Positions 47,713 through 57,305 of a stretch of 64,000 nucleotides of DNA are shown here, in pieces. Within the stretch, counting starts at the first letter, position 1, and each line of letters starts with the position of its first letter. The DNA comes from an uncultured virus (IMG/VR IMGVR_UViG_3300031758_000011) (Duplodnaviria > Heunggongvirae > Uroviricota > Caudoviricetes). The stretch is from positions 62,001 to 126,000 of the IMG/VR virus record IMGVR_UViG_3300031758_000011; one strand, written 5' to 3'. A program made the position numbers and the translations under genes. A model generated the notes under the pieces. The model did not search any database, was not told the origin of the DNA, and worked only from the letters and a program-made list of their open reading frames with translations.

Positions 47713-47782
47713 GCCGACACTTAGTGGAAAAGGACCGTCCCTCATATGGATGGTTAAGTGAGTTCGAACCTCACAGTCGGTA
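47713..47782 (+). tRNA. Atypical tRNA(CAT), probably Ile2 (or Met)
   Basis: CGTCC-CTCATAT-GGATG, normal T-arm, shortened D region. Confidence 0.65.
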
Positions 47783-47788
47783 CAACAT

Positions 47789-47861
47789 GCACTTATCGTT
47801 CAACTGGATAGGACAATCGCCTACGAAGCGATAAATCGGAGTTCGAATCTCTGTAGGTGTA
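47789..47861 (+). tRNA. tRNA-Arg(ACG)
   Basis: Cloverleaf; ATCGC-CTACGAA-GCGAT. Confidence 0.93.
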
Positions 47862-47870
47862 CAACAATCT

Positions 47871-47943
47871 GCCCCTATCGTTCAACTGGATAGGACATGG
47901 CCCTTCTAAGGCCAGTATCGGAGTTCGAATCTCTGTGGGGGTA
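47871..47943 (+). tRNA. tRNA-Arg(TCT)
   Basis: Cloverleaf; TGGCC-CTTCTAA-GGCCA. Confidence 0.93.
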
Positions 47944-47949
47944 CAAAAT

Positions 47950-48034
47950 GGAGAGTAATCCTTGATGGCGATAGGGTCCGACTGCTAATCGTGACGTACC
48001 TTTTTGGTATGAGGTTCGATTCCTCTGCTCTCCG
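47950..48034 (+). tRNA. tRNA-Ser(GCT)
   Basis: CGA-CTGCTAA-TCG, long variable arm, G73. Confidence 0.85.
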
Positions 48035-48090
48035 CAAAATGTTATCTTTATTAGTATAGTTTTATATATTTATTAATGTAAAACTTAACT

Positions 48091-49026
48091 ATGAAAACAA
48101 TACTATTTTTAATCCTATTTTTACCAACATTGTTATTATCACAAACAACTTTGGTTGATGAAGATTTTTCTCCACCAACAACTTCTGGTTGGTCATCAAC
48201 ACCATCTGGGTGGATGTTAAACAACTATGGTTCTGGTAATGCATTATCTGGCACATGGGCGTTAAGATTAACTAGTTGGTCAGCTAGTTCACCAAAATAT
48301 GTTTATTTTCCAGTTACAGTACAATCAAATAAAAATTATATTATAACATTTTGGACAAAAAGGGTTTGTAGTTTAACAGTTAACGTCAACGAAACAGCCA
48401 ATCAAACAACATTAATTCAAAGTTATTCATCAACAAATCCAGATTGTTCGTCAAATTGGACAAATTGGTATCAATGGACTGATGTTTATTCATCAAACTA
48501 TGATGGAACTGTATATTTTCAAATATTGGTTAATTCAACTTACTTTTCGACTACTTTATATATTGAGGACGTTAAAATTGTTGAAATGGACCCAACGCCA
48601 TTACCAATAGAATTGATATATTTTAAAGGTAAAAATGTTAACGACTATAATCTTTTATTTTGGTCAACAGCGACTGAAATAAATAATGATTATTTCACGA
48701 TTGAAAAAAGTTATGATGGTTATAATTTTCATGTTATTGACAATATTGAAGGTGCTGGCTATTCAACACATCAATTGTATTATGAGTATCATGATTATAA
48801 TTTACAACCATTTATAACATACTATCGTTTAAAACAAACTGATTACGATGGTAAAAAAGACGTTAGTGATATAATATCAATAGATAATAGAAATGATAAA
48901 GGTGATAAAGCAAAACTAGTCAATATAATTAACATATTAGGGCAAACAGTTAACGCTGATTATAATGGATTAATAATTTACCGTTATAGTGATGGTAGCG
49001 TTATGAAAGTAAATAACCAACATTAA
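48091..49026 (+). CDS. Secreted Bacteroidota-type protein (signal peptide, beta-sandwich/CBM-like domain, 'PLPIEL' Ig-like module)
   Basis: Signal peptide; PLPIELIYFKG..W.TATE.NN.YF.IEKS.DG..F, YYRLKQTDYDG, NILGQ. Confidence 0.75.
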   Translation: MKTILFLILFLPTLLLSQTTLVDEDFSPPTTSGWSSTPSGWMLNNYGSGNALSGTWALRLTSWSASSPKYVYFPVTVQSNKNYIITFWTKRVCSLTVNVNETANQTTLIQSYSSTNPDCSSNWTNWYQWTDVYSSNYDGTVYFQILVNSTYFSTTLYIEDVKIVEMDPTPLPIELIYFKGKNVNDYNLLFWSTATEINNDYFTIEKSYDGYNFHVIDNIEGAGYSTHQLYYEYHDYNLQPFITYYRLKQTDYDGKKDVSDIISIDNRNDKGDKAKLVNIINILGQTVNADYNGLIIYRYSDGSVMKVNNQH

Positions 49027-49082
49027 TAAGATATTTATCAATAAATTTGGTTAATAAAAATTAATTCTGTACATTTGCCAAT

Positions 49083-49979
49083 ATGAAAAAAAATGTTTTA
49101 AATATCGAAATAACTAGACCATCACAAAAATTGTTTGTGATGCGTGGTATTCCTGGGGCTGGAAAATCAACAATGGCGAAATCACTAATGGGTGAAGGGA
49201 TAATTCATTCAACAGATGATTTAATTGAAGCTACTGGTGACTACAGAGGTTTCTTTGCTAAAATGATAGAGTCTGGAGACTTTAAAGATTTGTCTAGAAT
49301 GCACTCTAAGAACTTATCTAACGCAATCAAATCTATGAAAGATGGTATTAGTCCAGTTGTAATAGATAACACGAATATCAAAGCCAATGAGGCTAAAGCA
49401 TATGTTGTTGCAGCGTTGGAAATGGGATTTGATGATAACAACATACAAATACATGATGTTGGCACTCGTAACTTGACTGCTGAGCAATTAGCTGAGTCAA
49501 ATACACATGGAGTTCCATTAGATAAAATAAAAATGATGATGGATTCACATAAATCTGTTGGGCCATTGACTGTTAAAAAAATAGTTGAATCTAAAGATAT
49601 GTATAAACAATCAGATGTGTTATATTCTTGTGTTTTGTTGGATGGACAATCCAAAGGTACGTTATTGGATAAACTTGGTATATGGATACCAAAAGATTGG
49701 ACTGTGATAACACATCATATGACAATAAATTTGGGTGAACTTAAAGATAAAACTGATTTAGGTAAAGAAGTTACATTGACAGTTGAAGCGTTAGGTCTTT
49801 CAGATAAAGCTATGGCTGTAAGAGTTAGCGGTTATCCATCAAAAAATGAAATTCCACATATAACTATTGCGATTAACCCAGATGGTGGTAAACCAGTTAT
49901 GAGCAATCAAATAACAAAATGGCAAGACATTAAATCATTTATGATAAGTGGTATTGTCACTGAAATAAAAAAACAATGA
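49083..49979 (+). CDS. P-loop polynucleotide kinase fused to a 2H phosphodiesterase (RNA end-healing)
   Basis: GIPGAGKST, IDNTN, HGVP; 2H motifs HMTI and HITI. Confidence 0.8.
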   Translation: MKKNVLNIEITRPSQKLFVMRGIPGAGKSTMAKSLMGEGIIHSTDDLIEATGDYRGFFAKMIESGDFKDLSRMHSKNLSNAIKSMKDGISPVVIDNTNIKANEAKAYVVAALEMGFDDNNIQIHDVGTRNLTAEQLAESNTHGVPLDKIKMMMDSHKSVGPLTVKKIVESKDMYKQSDVLYSCVLLDGQSKGTLLDKLGIWIPKDWTVITHHMTINLGELKDKTDLGKEVTLTVEALGLSDKAMAVRVSGYPSKNEIPHITIAINPDGGKPVMSNQITKWQDIKSFMISGIVTEIKKQ

Positions 49980-50185
49980 GCGAAGTTAAATTAAATTTAA
50001 AAGGGTGGGGTTTTGTATATTCAGAAATTCTATGGATAGAAGGACCCCTTTACAAAATAAAATTTGTGCCAGAAGATAATTTATTGGCAGATATGAGAAC
50101 TGAAGTATTTCACGTCAAAGAAATATTAAACATAAATGATATTTTTATTGACAAAAATTTAAAGATAACAAAATATGAAGATTGA
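49976..50185 (+). CDS. Hypothetical protein
   Basis: ORF track. Confidence 0.5.
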   Translation: MSEVKLNLKGWGFVYSEILWIEGPLYKIKFVPEDNLLADMRTEVFHVKEILNINDIFIDKNLKITKYED

Positions 50186-50822
50186 TAAGGATATTAAAGT
50201 TTCAGCACAAGTTGTGCTAATTAATCCAGAAGGTTACATTTTAGGTGTTTCTAGAAAAGATGACCATAATGATTTCGGATTACCTGGAGGAAAAATGGAC
50301 CCAGAAGACAATGGTGACCCTAAAACCACAGCGATACGTGAAACAAAAGAAGAAACTGGATTAGATGTCACTAATCTAAGACTTATTTTTGCTATCCATA
50401 AAGATGGGTTCATGGGTTTCACATATCTAGCTGATTATTCTGGTAATATAGAACATAACGAACCACATGTTGTTAAATGGCAACCAATGGAAGTATTGGT
50501 TAATGGTAGATTTGGTAAATACAACAAACTAGTATCGGAATCAATGAATGATATGGGTATTCAATACAAATATAACGTTGACGCTAAAGCAATCAAAGAA
50601 GATGTTTCTAGAGTTATTGATGAATACTTTAAAGGTGAGTTAAAAGTTGAGTTTATTAGAAAATCATGGAATGATAATTCATACATTGTTTATTTTGTTG
50701 ATGAAAAGGGCGAGTTGGAAGAAAGTTTTGGTTTTGACAAGAAGTTAGACGCTAGATTTGATGCGTTATCTAGGAAATATGGTGTTACTATCAGAATTGA
50801 TTCAAGTTATTATTGCAAGTAA
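50175..50822 (+). CDS. NUDIX hydrolase
   Basis: PGGK...AIRETKEETGL Nudix box. Confidence 0.9.
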   Translation: MKIDKDIKVSAQVVLINPEGYILGVSRKDDHNDFGLPGGKMDPEDNGDPKTTAIRETKEETGLDVTNLRLIFAIHKDGFMGFTYLADYSGNIEHNEPHVVKWQPMEVLVNGRFGKYNKLVSESMNDMGIQYKYNVDAKAIKEDVSRVIDEYFKGELKVEFIRKSWNDNSYIVYFVDEKGELEESFGFDKKLDARFDALSRKYGVTIRIDSSYYCK

Positions 50823-50857
50823 TTGTTTTATTTAGTATATTAGTTAAAAATAGTTTT

Positions 50858-51211
50858 ATGAACAGAAAAGAAATCGACAGAAGATTGGATTTAAGTACCA
50901 AATTTATGAAAATGGGCCAATCTCTTATTACTGAAGGTAAAGAAGAAGGTGATATAGCTTTAGCTCAATTTGGTACAATTATGGTTTTTATGAGTGGTTT
51001 ACTCATAGGTGGTGATGATGATATATTTAAATTTTCTGACTTATGCTCAATGTTTTCATCAAAGAAGATATTAGACGCTATGCAAGATGAAAACCCTATT
51101 GCTGATTTATTTAACAATAAATTGGATGATAAAACTTATGATGAGTTTATCAAAAAAATAAATAGCCTAAGAGATAAAAACAATGGTAAAAACGATGATG
51201 AAATAAATTAA
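50858..51211 (+). CDS. Hypothetical protein
   Basis: Start refined. Confidence 0.6.
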   Translation: MNRKEIDRRLDLSTKFMKMGQSLITEGKEEGDIALAQFGTIMVFMSGLLIGGDDDIFKFSDLCSMFSSKKILDAMQDENPIADLFNNKLDDKTYDEFIKKINSLRDKNNGKNDDEIN

Positions 51212-51276
51212 TCATCGTTTTATTTGTTTTATTAAAAATTTATACCTACATTTGTCTAACATTAAAAAATTAACGC

Positions 51277-52401
51277 ATGTTAGCTATACAAAAATATTTA
51301 AGAACACACGGTTTAGAAAAAACAATCAAAGACTTTTCTTTAAAAACTAGAGAGTATGAACACAAAATACTCTTGAAGTATGACCAATTAGTGTCACCAA
51401 CACTTATGTCATTGCCAGAGATGCAAGATTGTCGTGGAATCATCCTTGAAAAAGGTACTTGGAACGTAATGTCTTTGGCGTTTAGAAAATTCTTCAACTC
51501 TGAAGAAGGTAACGCTGCTAAAATAGATTGGAATACTGCACAAGTACTTGAAAAATTGGATGGTACTATGATACAAGTGTATTATGATTGGCACGACATG
51601 ACATGGTATGCTGGTACTACTGGTACTGCAAACGGTGAAGGTGAAGTTAACAACAAAAATGGTACTAAATTTAACGAATTGTTTTGGGATACTGTTAACA
51701 ACAAATACACATTCAATGCATGTTTGTTAAATTATGATTATATCTATGTGTTTGAGTTAACTACACCATATAACATAGTAGTAAAACCACATGGTGAATC
51801 ATCAGCGACTTTGTTGGCTGTTAGAAACAGAAAAACACTTGTTGAGTTGTCTGGGAGAGACTTGGAAATGACTGCGGTATCATTGGATATACCATTGGTA
51901 AAATCTTTTGATTTAAACGCAAAAAATGTTGGTCACTTGTTGAAAACATTTGAAGGTATGCCATGGTCTGAAGAAGGTTATGTTGTACGTGATGGTAATG
52001 ACAATCGTGTTAAAGTGAAAAATCCAGCATATGTTGCGGTACACCACTTGAAAGGTAAAACTGCTGAACACAACATATTAACTATTGTAAAAACTAACGA
52101 GATAGAAGAATTTGCTGCTACTTTCCCAGAAAGAACAGAAGAATTAAATCGTCTTAAAGAGTCTTACGATGCGTTGGTTGCAAAATTGAATGTTGTATGG
52201 GATGAATTAAAGTTGCGTAAACCAAAAAACGTAACAAAACCAGAACAAAAAAAGTTTGCTGCTGCTGTGTTTGAAGTTTGTGAGAAATATGATTTAAAAA
52301 ACTTTACTGGGTTGTATTTTGGGTTGAAAGATTACAAAATAGCATCAGTTGAAGAATATATGTTTAACTATGACGATAAAACGTTATATAAAATGTTGTA
52401 A
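51277..52401 (+). CDS. RNA ligase 1 family (T4 RnlA-like)
   Basis: CRGII, KFFN, EKLDGT, FEL, EGYVV, VKVK. Confidence 0.9.
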   Translation: MLAIQKYLRTHGLEKTIKDFSLKTREYEHKILLKYDQLVSPTLMSLPEMQDCRGIILEKGTWNVMSLAFRKFFNSEEGNAAKIDWNTAQVLEKLDGTMIQVYYDWHDMTWYAGTTGTANGEGEVNNKNGTKFNELFWDTVNNKYTFNACLLNYDYIYVFELTTPYNIVVKPHGESSATLLAVRNRKTLVELSGRDLEMTAVSLDIPLVKSFDLNAKNVGHLLKTFEGMPWSEEGYVVRDGNDNRVKVKNPAYVAVHHLKGKTAEHNILTIVKTNEIEEFAATFPERTEELNRLKESYDALVAKLNVVWDELKLRKPKNVTKPEQKKFAAAVFEVCEKYDLKNFTGLYFGLKDYKIASVEEYMFNYDDKTLYKML

Positions 52402-52402
52402 T

Positions 52403-52714
52403 ATGTTAATTGATGGAGGACCAGAAGGGTTTCAATGGTTTAGAAGTGAAACAAAAAAAGAAAAAATGGAAAATAACGAAATAACAGCGGATTGGGCTAG
52501 AAAAACAGCCCAATCTATTTTAGGTGAAAAAGTGCGAAAAGAAGTTGATGTTTGCTTAAATGGGGTTAAAAAAGCTGTAGAACAGAATAAATTAAGCACT
52601 ACTATTGCTATATATGTTGATGATTTAACCAAAAAAGAGTTAGAAAACAGAGGTTTTATAGTAAACAAATATAGCGACCAACGTGATGGTAGTTATACAA
52701 CAATATCTTGGTAA
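52403..52714 (+). CDS. Hypothetical protein
   Basis: ORF track; start uncertain. Confidence 0.5.
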   Translation: MLIDGGPEGFQWFRSETKKEKMENNEITADWARKTAQSILGEKVRKEVDVCLNGVKKAVEQNKLSTTIAIYVDDLTKKELENRGFIVNKYSDQRDGSYTTISW

Positions 52715-52715
52715 T

Positions 52716-52940
52716 ATGACTAGAGAGTTTTACACAGAATTAGCTGAACTAATTAAGAAACATAAGATGACATTAGTTACTGGCACACATCAAGGTTTAG
52801 AATCATTTACTAAATCATTTGAAGGTCGAATGTTCTTTGTTACTGATGGGACGAAGAGTCATCATTTACAAGGTGGTGAAAGTATGTTGCATGAAGCATC
52901 AACTATTATTAAATTAGAAAAAAATAGATATCGTGGATAG
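52716..52940 (+). CDS. Hypothetical protein
   Basis: Start refined. Confidence 0.5.
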   Translation: MTREFYTELAELIKKHKMTLVTGTHQGLESFTKSFEGRMFFVTDGTKSHHLQGGESMLHEASTIIKLEKNRYRG

Positions 52941-53157
52941 AGAAGCGTTAAAGAAAGAAGTGATGGGTAAGGTTGTTAAAAAATCTTACCCAGAACTAGA
53001 AAAAGGTGGTCAACATTGTGGTGTGCCAAGAGGTGTCAGTTTGTATTGTGAAGAATTTGATATTGAAATCAGAATGCAAGCTCATAGGTCTCAATATAGA
53101 AATTTAGAATTGGCAGCAACACTTATGGAGTTGGCTATCGATGAATTAATAAAATAA
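52933..53157 (+). CDS. Small protein resembling the GGQ domain of peptide release factors
   Basis: KGGQHCG....V.L......I.I.....RSQYRN.ELA matches the RF domain-3 pattern GGQHVN...RSQ..N...A. Confidence 0.6.
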   Translation: MDREALKKEVMGKVVKKSYPELEKGGQHCGVPRGVSLYCEEFDIEIRMQAHRSQYRNLELAATLMELAIDELIK

Positions 53158-53160
53158 AAT

Positions 53161-53445
53161 ATGAAAGAAATATTAGCAAATCCGTATTTATCAGCATTTG
53201 TTGTGTTGATTAGTCAAATCATTTTCATTTATTTGAGAACAATAAATGTTATTTATACTGCTGAACGTAAAATGGTTCCAGCAATCATAAGTGGTAATGG
53301 GATTGGGTTAGCATGGTTAGTATCGATATCTATCGGTGGTAATTCAATAATGCATGGTGAGTTCTTACCAATATTAGCATTTTTAATTGGTGGTACGTTA
53401 GGTACTTATTGGGGTATTAAAAAAGAAATGAATAAACATGAGTAA
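53161..53445 (+). CDS. Small 3-TM membrane protein (DUF5698-like)
   Basis: Hydrophobic; IYLRT, G..LGTY.G. Confidence 0.6.
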   Translation: MKEILANPYLSAFVVLISQIIFIYLRTINVIYTAERKMVPAIISGNGIGLAWLVSISIGGNSIMHGEFLPILAFLIGGTLGTYWGIKKEMNKHE

Positions 53446-53620
53446 AGATAGTATACAAAATGATTCTCGTATTGAAGAGGAAAACAAACCTAAAGTTTAT
53501 ACAGAAAGGGATGTTATCGAATTATTAATAGCTTGTAAAGATAGATTTGGTGGTTCAGAGTTATATGACTACACTAGCGATTCTGAAGTTATTGAATGGT
53601 TTAATCGAATTAAAAAATAA
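53438..53620 (+). CDS. Hypothetical protein
   Basis: ORF track. Confidence 0.5.
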   Translation: MSKDSIQNDSRIEEENKPKVYTERDVIELLIACKDRFGGSELYDYTSDSEVIEWFNRIKK

Positions 53621-53622
53621 AC

Positions 53623-53988
53623 ATGAGTAGAGAAGAATTTGAACAATATCTTATTTCCATTGGTGGTGTTTATAATTGGAAAGGTGCTAACCTTACCAAC
53701 CCATCTATGTTTGGTGTTGGTGAAGGTTGGTTTCAGTTGTTAAAGAACCTCATAGACGAACTTTTATCGTTAGGTTGGGATAGAACTATGATTCAATCAA
53801 AAGAGAAGTTTGGTGGGCTTAATTTCTACGTAAAAGACCCAACACCAGAGATGCATGACATAATATTAACATATGAAAAGTTATCATATGAAATATGTGA
53901 AGTTTGTGGTGACCATGGCTATCCTAGAAAGTTGGATTGGATAAAAAGTTTGTGTGATAAACATGCTGCTGAAAAAGGAATTGATTAA
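53623..53988 (+). CDS. Conserved phage protein (KEKFGGL / CEVCG motif)
   Basis: GW..L, Q.KEKFGGL.FY, ICEVCG, LC..H. Confidence 0.7.
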   Translation: MSREEFEQYLISIGGVYNWKGANLTNPSMFGVGEGWFQLLKNLIDELLSLGWDRTMIQSKEKFGGLNFYVKDPTPEMHDIILTYEKLSYEICEVCGDHGYPRKLDWIKSLCDKHAAEKGID

Positions 53989-54054
53989 AAATTTTAAATT
54001 AGATTTGGTGGATTCAATTTAAATTCGTACATTTGTAAAACAAAAGAAAAAAAT

Positions 54055-55449
54055 ATGACTATTAAACAGATTTTTGACGAGATTGCATCAACTAGTGGTA
54101 ACAACGCTAAGATTGAAATCCTTAAAAAATACTCAGACAATGAGTTATTGAGAAGAGTGTTATATATGGCTAACTCTAAACGAGTTAAGTTTTATATTAA
54201 ACGTGTACCAGAATACACTCACAACCAAGTTGATTGGACGTTAGAACAAGCGTTGGGTATGTTGATGCAAATCGCAAACCGTGACTTCACTGGTCAACTA
54301 GCTATTGATAAACTAACTATTTGGTTAGAAAACGTATCAGCTGACGATGCTTACATTATTGAACGTATTATCGATAAAGATTGTAAGATTGGTATGGGTA
54401 CAACTTTTATCAATAAAGTTTTCAAAGACTTAATCGAAGATACGCCATATATGGGTGCTGTATCATTTGACGAAAAGAAAGCACGTAAAATTTTTGAGAA
54501 AGGTGGAAGAGGTTATTCACAAGTTAAAATGGATGGTCGTTATTGTAACGCAGTTATTCGTAATGGTGAAGTTGAACTAGAAAGCCGACAAGGTGAAGCA
54601 ACTATTCTTACTGGTGCTAAATTTCTTTCAGAACTAAGTAATTTTGAAGATTGTGTGTTAAATGGTGAATTAACAATGGATGGGATTCCACGTTATGAAT
54701 CTAACGGTATTATTGCATCATTGATTGATATTTGTGGTAAGAAAGAAAGTCGTTCTGAAAAAGAAAATGAAAAGAAAATTGCTGCTTTTGAAGAAAAACA
54801 CGGTGAATTACAAGAAGCGTTAGATAAAATTCGTTACACAGTTTGGGATACTATATCAATTGATGAATATTTCGAGAAAGGTTCTAAAACACCATATAAT
54901 GAAAGACTTGAATTTGCTGCTAGTTATGTATCTGTGGCTAATGCAACAATGATTTCAGTTGTTGAATCAGTAATTGTTGAAACATATGAAGATGCGATTA
55001 AACACTTCCAAGAAATATTAGGTAGAGGTGAAGAAGGTACTATTCTTAAAGCATATGATGGTAGTTGGAAAGATGGTAAACCAACACATCAAATCAAAAT
55101 GAAGTTGGAATTAACGTTGGATTTGGTTATCACTGGGTTTAACTATGGTACAAAAGGTACCAAAAACGAAAATGTAATCAGTTCATTCAATGCTGAGACA
55201 TCATGTGGTAAATTAAAAACAAGACCACAAGGGTTAACAGAGTCTTTGATGGCTGAAATTACAGAGAATCAAGACAATTTGTTAGGTACTATCATCGAAG
55301 TTAAGTGTTCTGGGTTATCTTTTGACCACACTGGTGCATACTCATTGTTATATCCAGCGTTTAAACACTTTAGAGATGACAAATCAGAGGCTAACTCACT
55401 TGACGAGTGTATAGAAATACAAAATGCAGCAATAGGTTTAACAGTATAA
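54055..55449 (+). CDS. ATP-dependent DNA ligase (T4 gp30-like)
   Basis: KMDGRY motif I, SRQG, NGEL, EGTILK, K.K, OB domain. Confidence 0.93.
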   Translation: MTIKQIFDEIASTSGNNAKIEILKKYSDNELLRRVLYMANSKRVKFYIKRVPEYTHNQVDWTLEQALGMLMQIANRDFTGQLAIDKLTIWLENVSADDAYIIERIIDKDCKIGMGTTFINKVFKDLIEDTPYMGAVSFDEKKARKIFEKGGRGYSQVKMDGRYCNAVIRNGEVELESRQGEATILTGAKFLSELSNFEDCVLNGELTMDGIPRYESNGIIASLIDICGKKESRSEKENEKKIAAFEEKHGELQEALDKIRYTVWDTISIDEYFEKGSKTPYNERLEFAASYVSVANATMISVVESVIVETYEDAIKHFQEILGRGEEGTILKAYDGSWKDGKPTHQIKMKLELTLDLVITGFNYGTKGTKNENVISSFNAETSCGKLKTRPQGLTESLMAEITENQDNLLGTIIEVKCSGLSFDHTGAYSLLYPAFKHFRDDKSEANSLDECIEIQNAAIGLTV

Positions 55450-55451
55450 GT

Positions 55452-55646
55452 ATGGTAGCAGTATTAGTAGTAGCATTGGGTATTTTATTGGTAGTAATAG
55501 CATTTGCCATATTATTTGTTGTTTATAAAGTAAATAAATTAAAAAATAGAGTAGAAGACACGGTAATTGATAGTGTAAAACAAGTAATTGTTGAACATGG
55601 TCCAGAAGCTGTAAAGTATGTTAAAAATAAAGTAGATAAAAAATGA
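55452..55646 (+). CDS. Small single-TM protein
   Basis: Start refined; N-terminal hydrophobic helix. Confidence 0.55.
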   Translation: MVAVLVVALGILLVVIAFAILFVVYKVNKLKNRVEDTVIDSVKQVIVEHGPEAVKYVKNKVDKK

Positions 55647-56101
55647 GAAAATTAGTATTATTAGTAATGTGTATGTGGGCGGTTAGCACTTTCGCACAAG
55701 ATTCAACAAAATGTAATGTTGGAAAGTATGTATCATGGGGTGTTTCATTATCAAACAATTCAGATTTTAACACTGGTTCATATAGTTCATTAGAATTTGG
55801 TGTTGTGTGTAACGATGTAGCTTTTGGGTTAGCGTTAGGTAGAGGTAGTTTAGATGGTATTTTTAAGAATGATGATATTAGAAACTATTTCTATGAAGTT
55901 AAAGTAGCACCATCATTCCCTATTGGTAAAGTATATGGTAATATCATATTGGGTGTCGGTAGTTACATTGATACTAAACATAATTTTATTGAATACGGAT
56001 TAGGTGTATCATATACACATAATAAGATAGGATATGGCGTGTCTTACACAAACTGGGATGGTGTCGATTACGTAACACCAAGTATTAGTTACAATTTTTA
56101 A
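55643..56101 (+). CDS. Small outer-membrane beta-barrel protein
   Basis: Signal peptide (TFA-Q), alternating beta strands, C-terminal ISYNF. Confidence 0.7.
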   Translation: MRKLVLLVMCMWAVSTFAQDSTKCNVGKYVSWGVSLSNNSDFNTGSYSSLEFGVVCNDVAFGLALGRGSLDGIFKNDDIRNYFYEVKVAPSFPIGKVYGNIILGVGSYIDTKHNFIEYGLGVSYTHNKIGYGVSYTNWDGVDYVTPSISYNF

Positions 56102-56116
56102 AAAAAAAAGAATAAC

Positions 56117-56488
56117 ATGAATAAAAATAAACGATTAATCAAGTTCCCGTCTATTGAACAATTTAGAACAGTTGTTTCTAATGTCAACAGACATTTCAAC
56201 TTTGTTGGTTTGGATGAAAATGGTGAGGCGATTTATGACCCAACATTACCAAAACCAACAATTACGTTCAAAGGTGCTATAAAATTACATGGTACCAATG
56301 CTGGTGTGTCTTTTAACGCACTAAGCGGTATGTGGGCTCAATCTCGTGAGAATATTATCACACCAGCACCTTCAAAATTAATAGAAATTGAGTTTGAAGA
56401 TGGTTCAAAACAATTATTTGATGAAAATGCGATTATTAATGGTAAAGTAATTAATGATTATAAAATAGGTGAGATTATTGTTTTATAG
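56117..56488 (+). CDS. RNA ligase 2 family, N-terminal fragment
   Basis: FPSIEQF, motif I KLHGTN, QSRE; then a 40-aa non-ligase tail. Confidence 0.85.
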   Translation: MNKNKRLIKFPSIEQFRTVVSNVNRHFNFVGLDENGEAIYDPTLPKPTITFKGAIKLHGTNAGVSFNALSGMWAQSRENIITPAPSKLIEIEFEDGSKQLFDENAIINGKVINDYKIGEIIVL

Positions 56489-57305
56489 CATACCAATTTT
56501 TATATTTGTAAAAATCTTTATTGGTTAATATAGTAATAATTCGTTTATCAGTAATATTTTCATAAAGTTTGATGTTGTTTCTTTTTGAATTATATAATTC
56601 AGTATATGGTAATTTATGTTCCTTACAAAATTTTCTTAAATTTATTGTTACTACATAAATTAATTCATTGTTGTTGTTATATATGTGGATAATTTCAGCC
56701 TCTTTTTGGTAATTTGTTTTATCTTTTTTAGGTTGTTTTAATTTGTCTCTAGTAGACATTGTTTCACCATCTTTAATAACGTCCAAACGTTCTTTATATT
56801 TTTTAGCTGCTAATTGATGGATATTTAACCCATCAGATGTGATAGTGTTTCTTTTTGTCTCATCACCTTTTCTAGCGGCTAAATTATATAGATTTTGACC
56901 ATTATTGTTAATAGTTGTTTTCATAGTATTAACTTTTTTTGTTATTGCATTTTTGCGTGATTCTGGGTTGTGTTTTTTACCAAGAAAACCGTAAATAAAA
57001 CCAGTTGTTGTTACGTTTGATTTATTATAAAATTTATCATTTTTAGCAACATTGAATTTAGCATGTAAATGCGACTCAAATAATAAAGCTTCATTTCTAG
57101 AATTAAAAACTCTAACTATAACATATTTGTAATTGTGTGTATTTAATTTTTGGTCGTTAATAAATTCTTTGTCAGAGCTAGAACTAAAATAACTCACACC
57201 TAAATCATATTTAGGTTCTATTTTTGATGTTCTAGAACCATAGTAATGTTTTTTATTTAGTTTATTAGTAATTCTATAAACATAATGGTAATTTTGTTTT
57301 TTCAT
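56475..57305 (-). CDS. GIY-YIG homing endonuclease (Seg-like)
   Basis: YVYRITN...HYYGSR, Y.SSS, A...E, FYN, GKKH. Confidence 0.88.
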   Translation of the reverse strand: MKKQNYHYVYRITNKLNKKHYYGSRTSKIEPKYDLGVSYFSSSSDKEFINDQKLNTHNYKYVIVRVFNSRNEALLFESHLHAKFNVAKNDKFYNKSNVTTTGFIYGFLGKKHNPESRKNAITKKVNTMKTTINNNGQNLYNLAARKGDETKRNTITSDGLNIHQLAAKKYKERLDVIKDGETMSTRDKLKQPKKDKTNYQKEAEIIHIYNNNNELIYVVTINLRKFCKEHKLPYTELYNSKRNNIKLYENITDKRIITILTNKDFYKYKNWYAIKQ

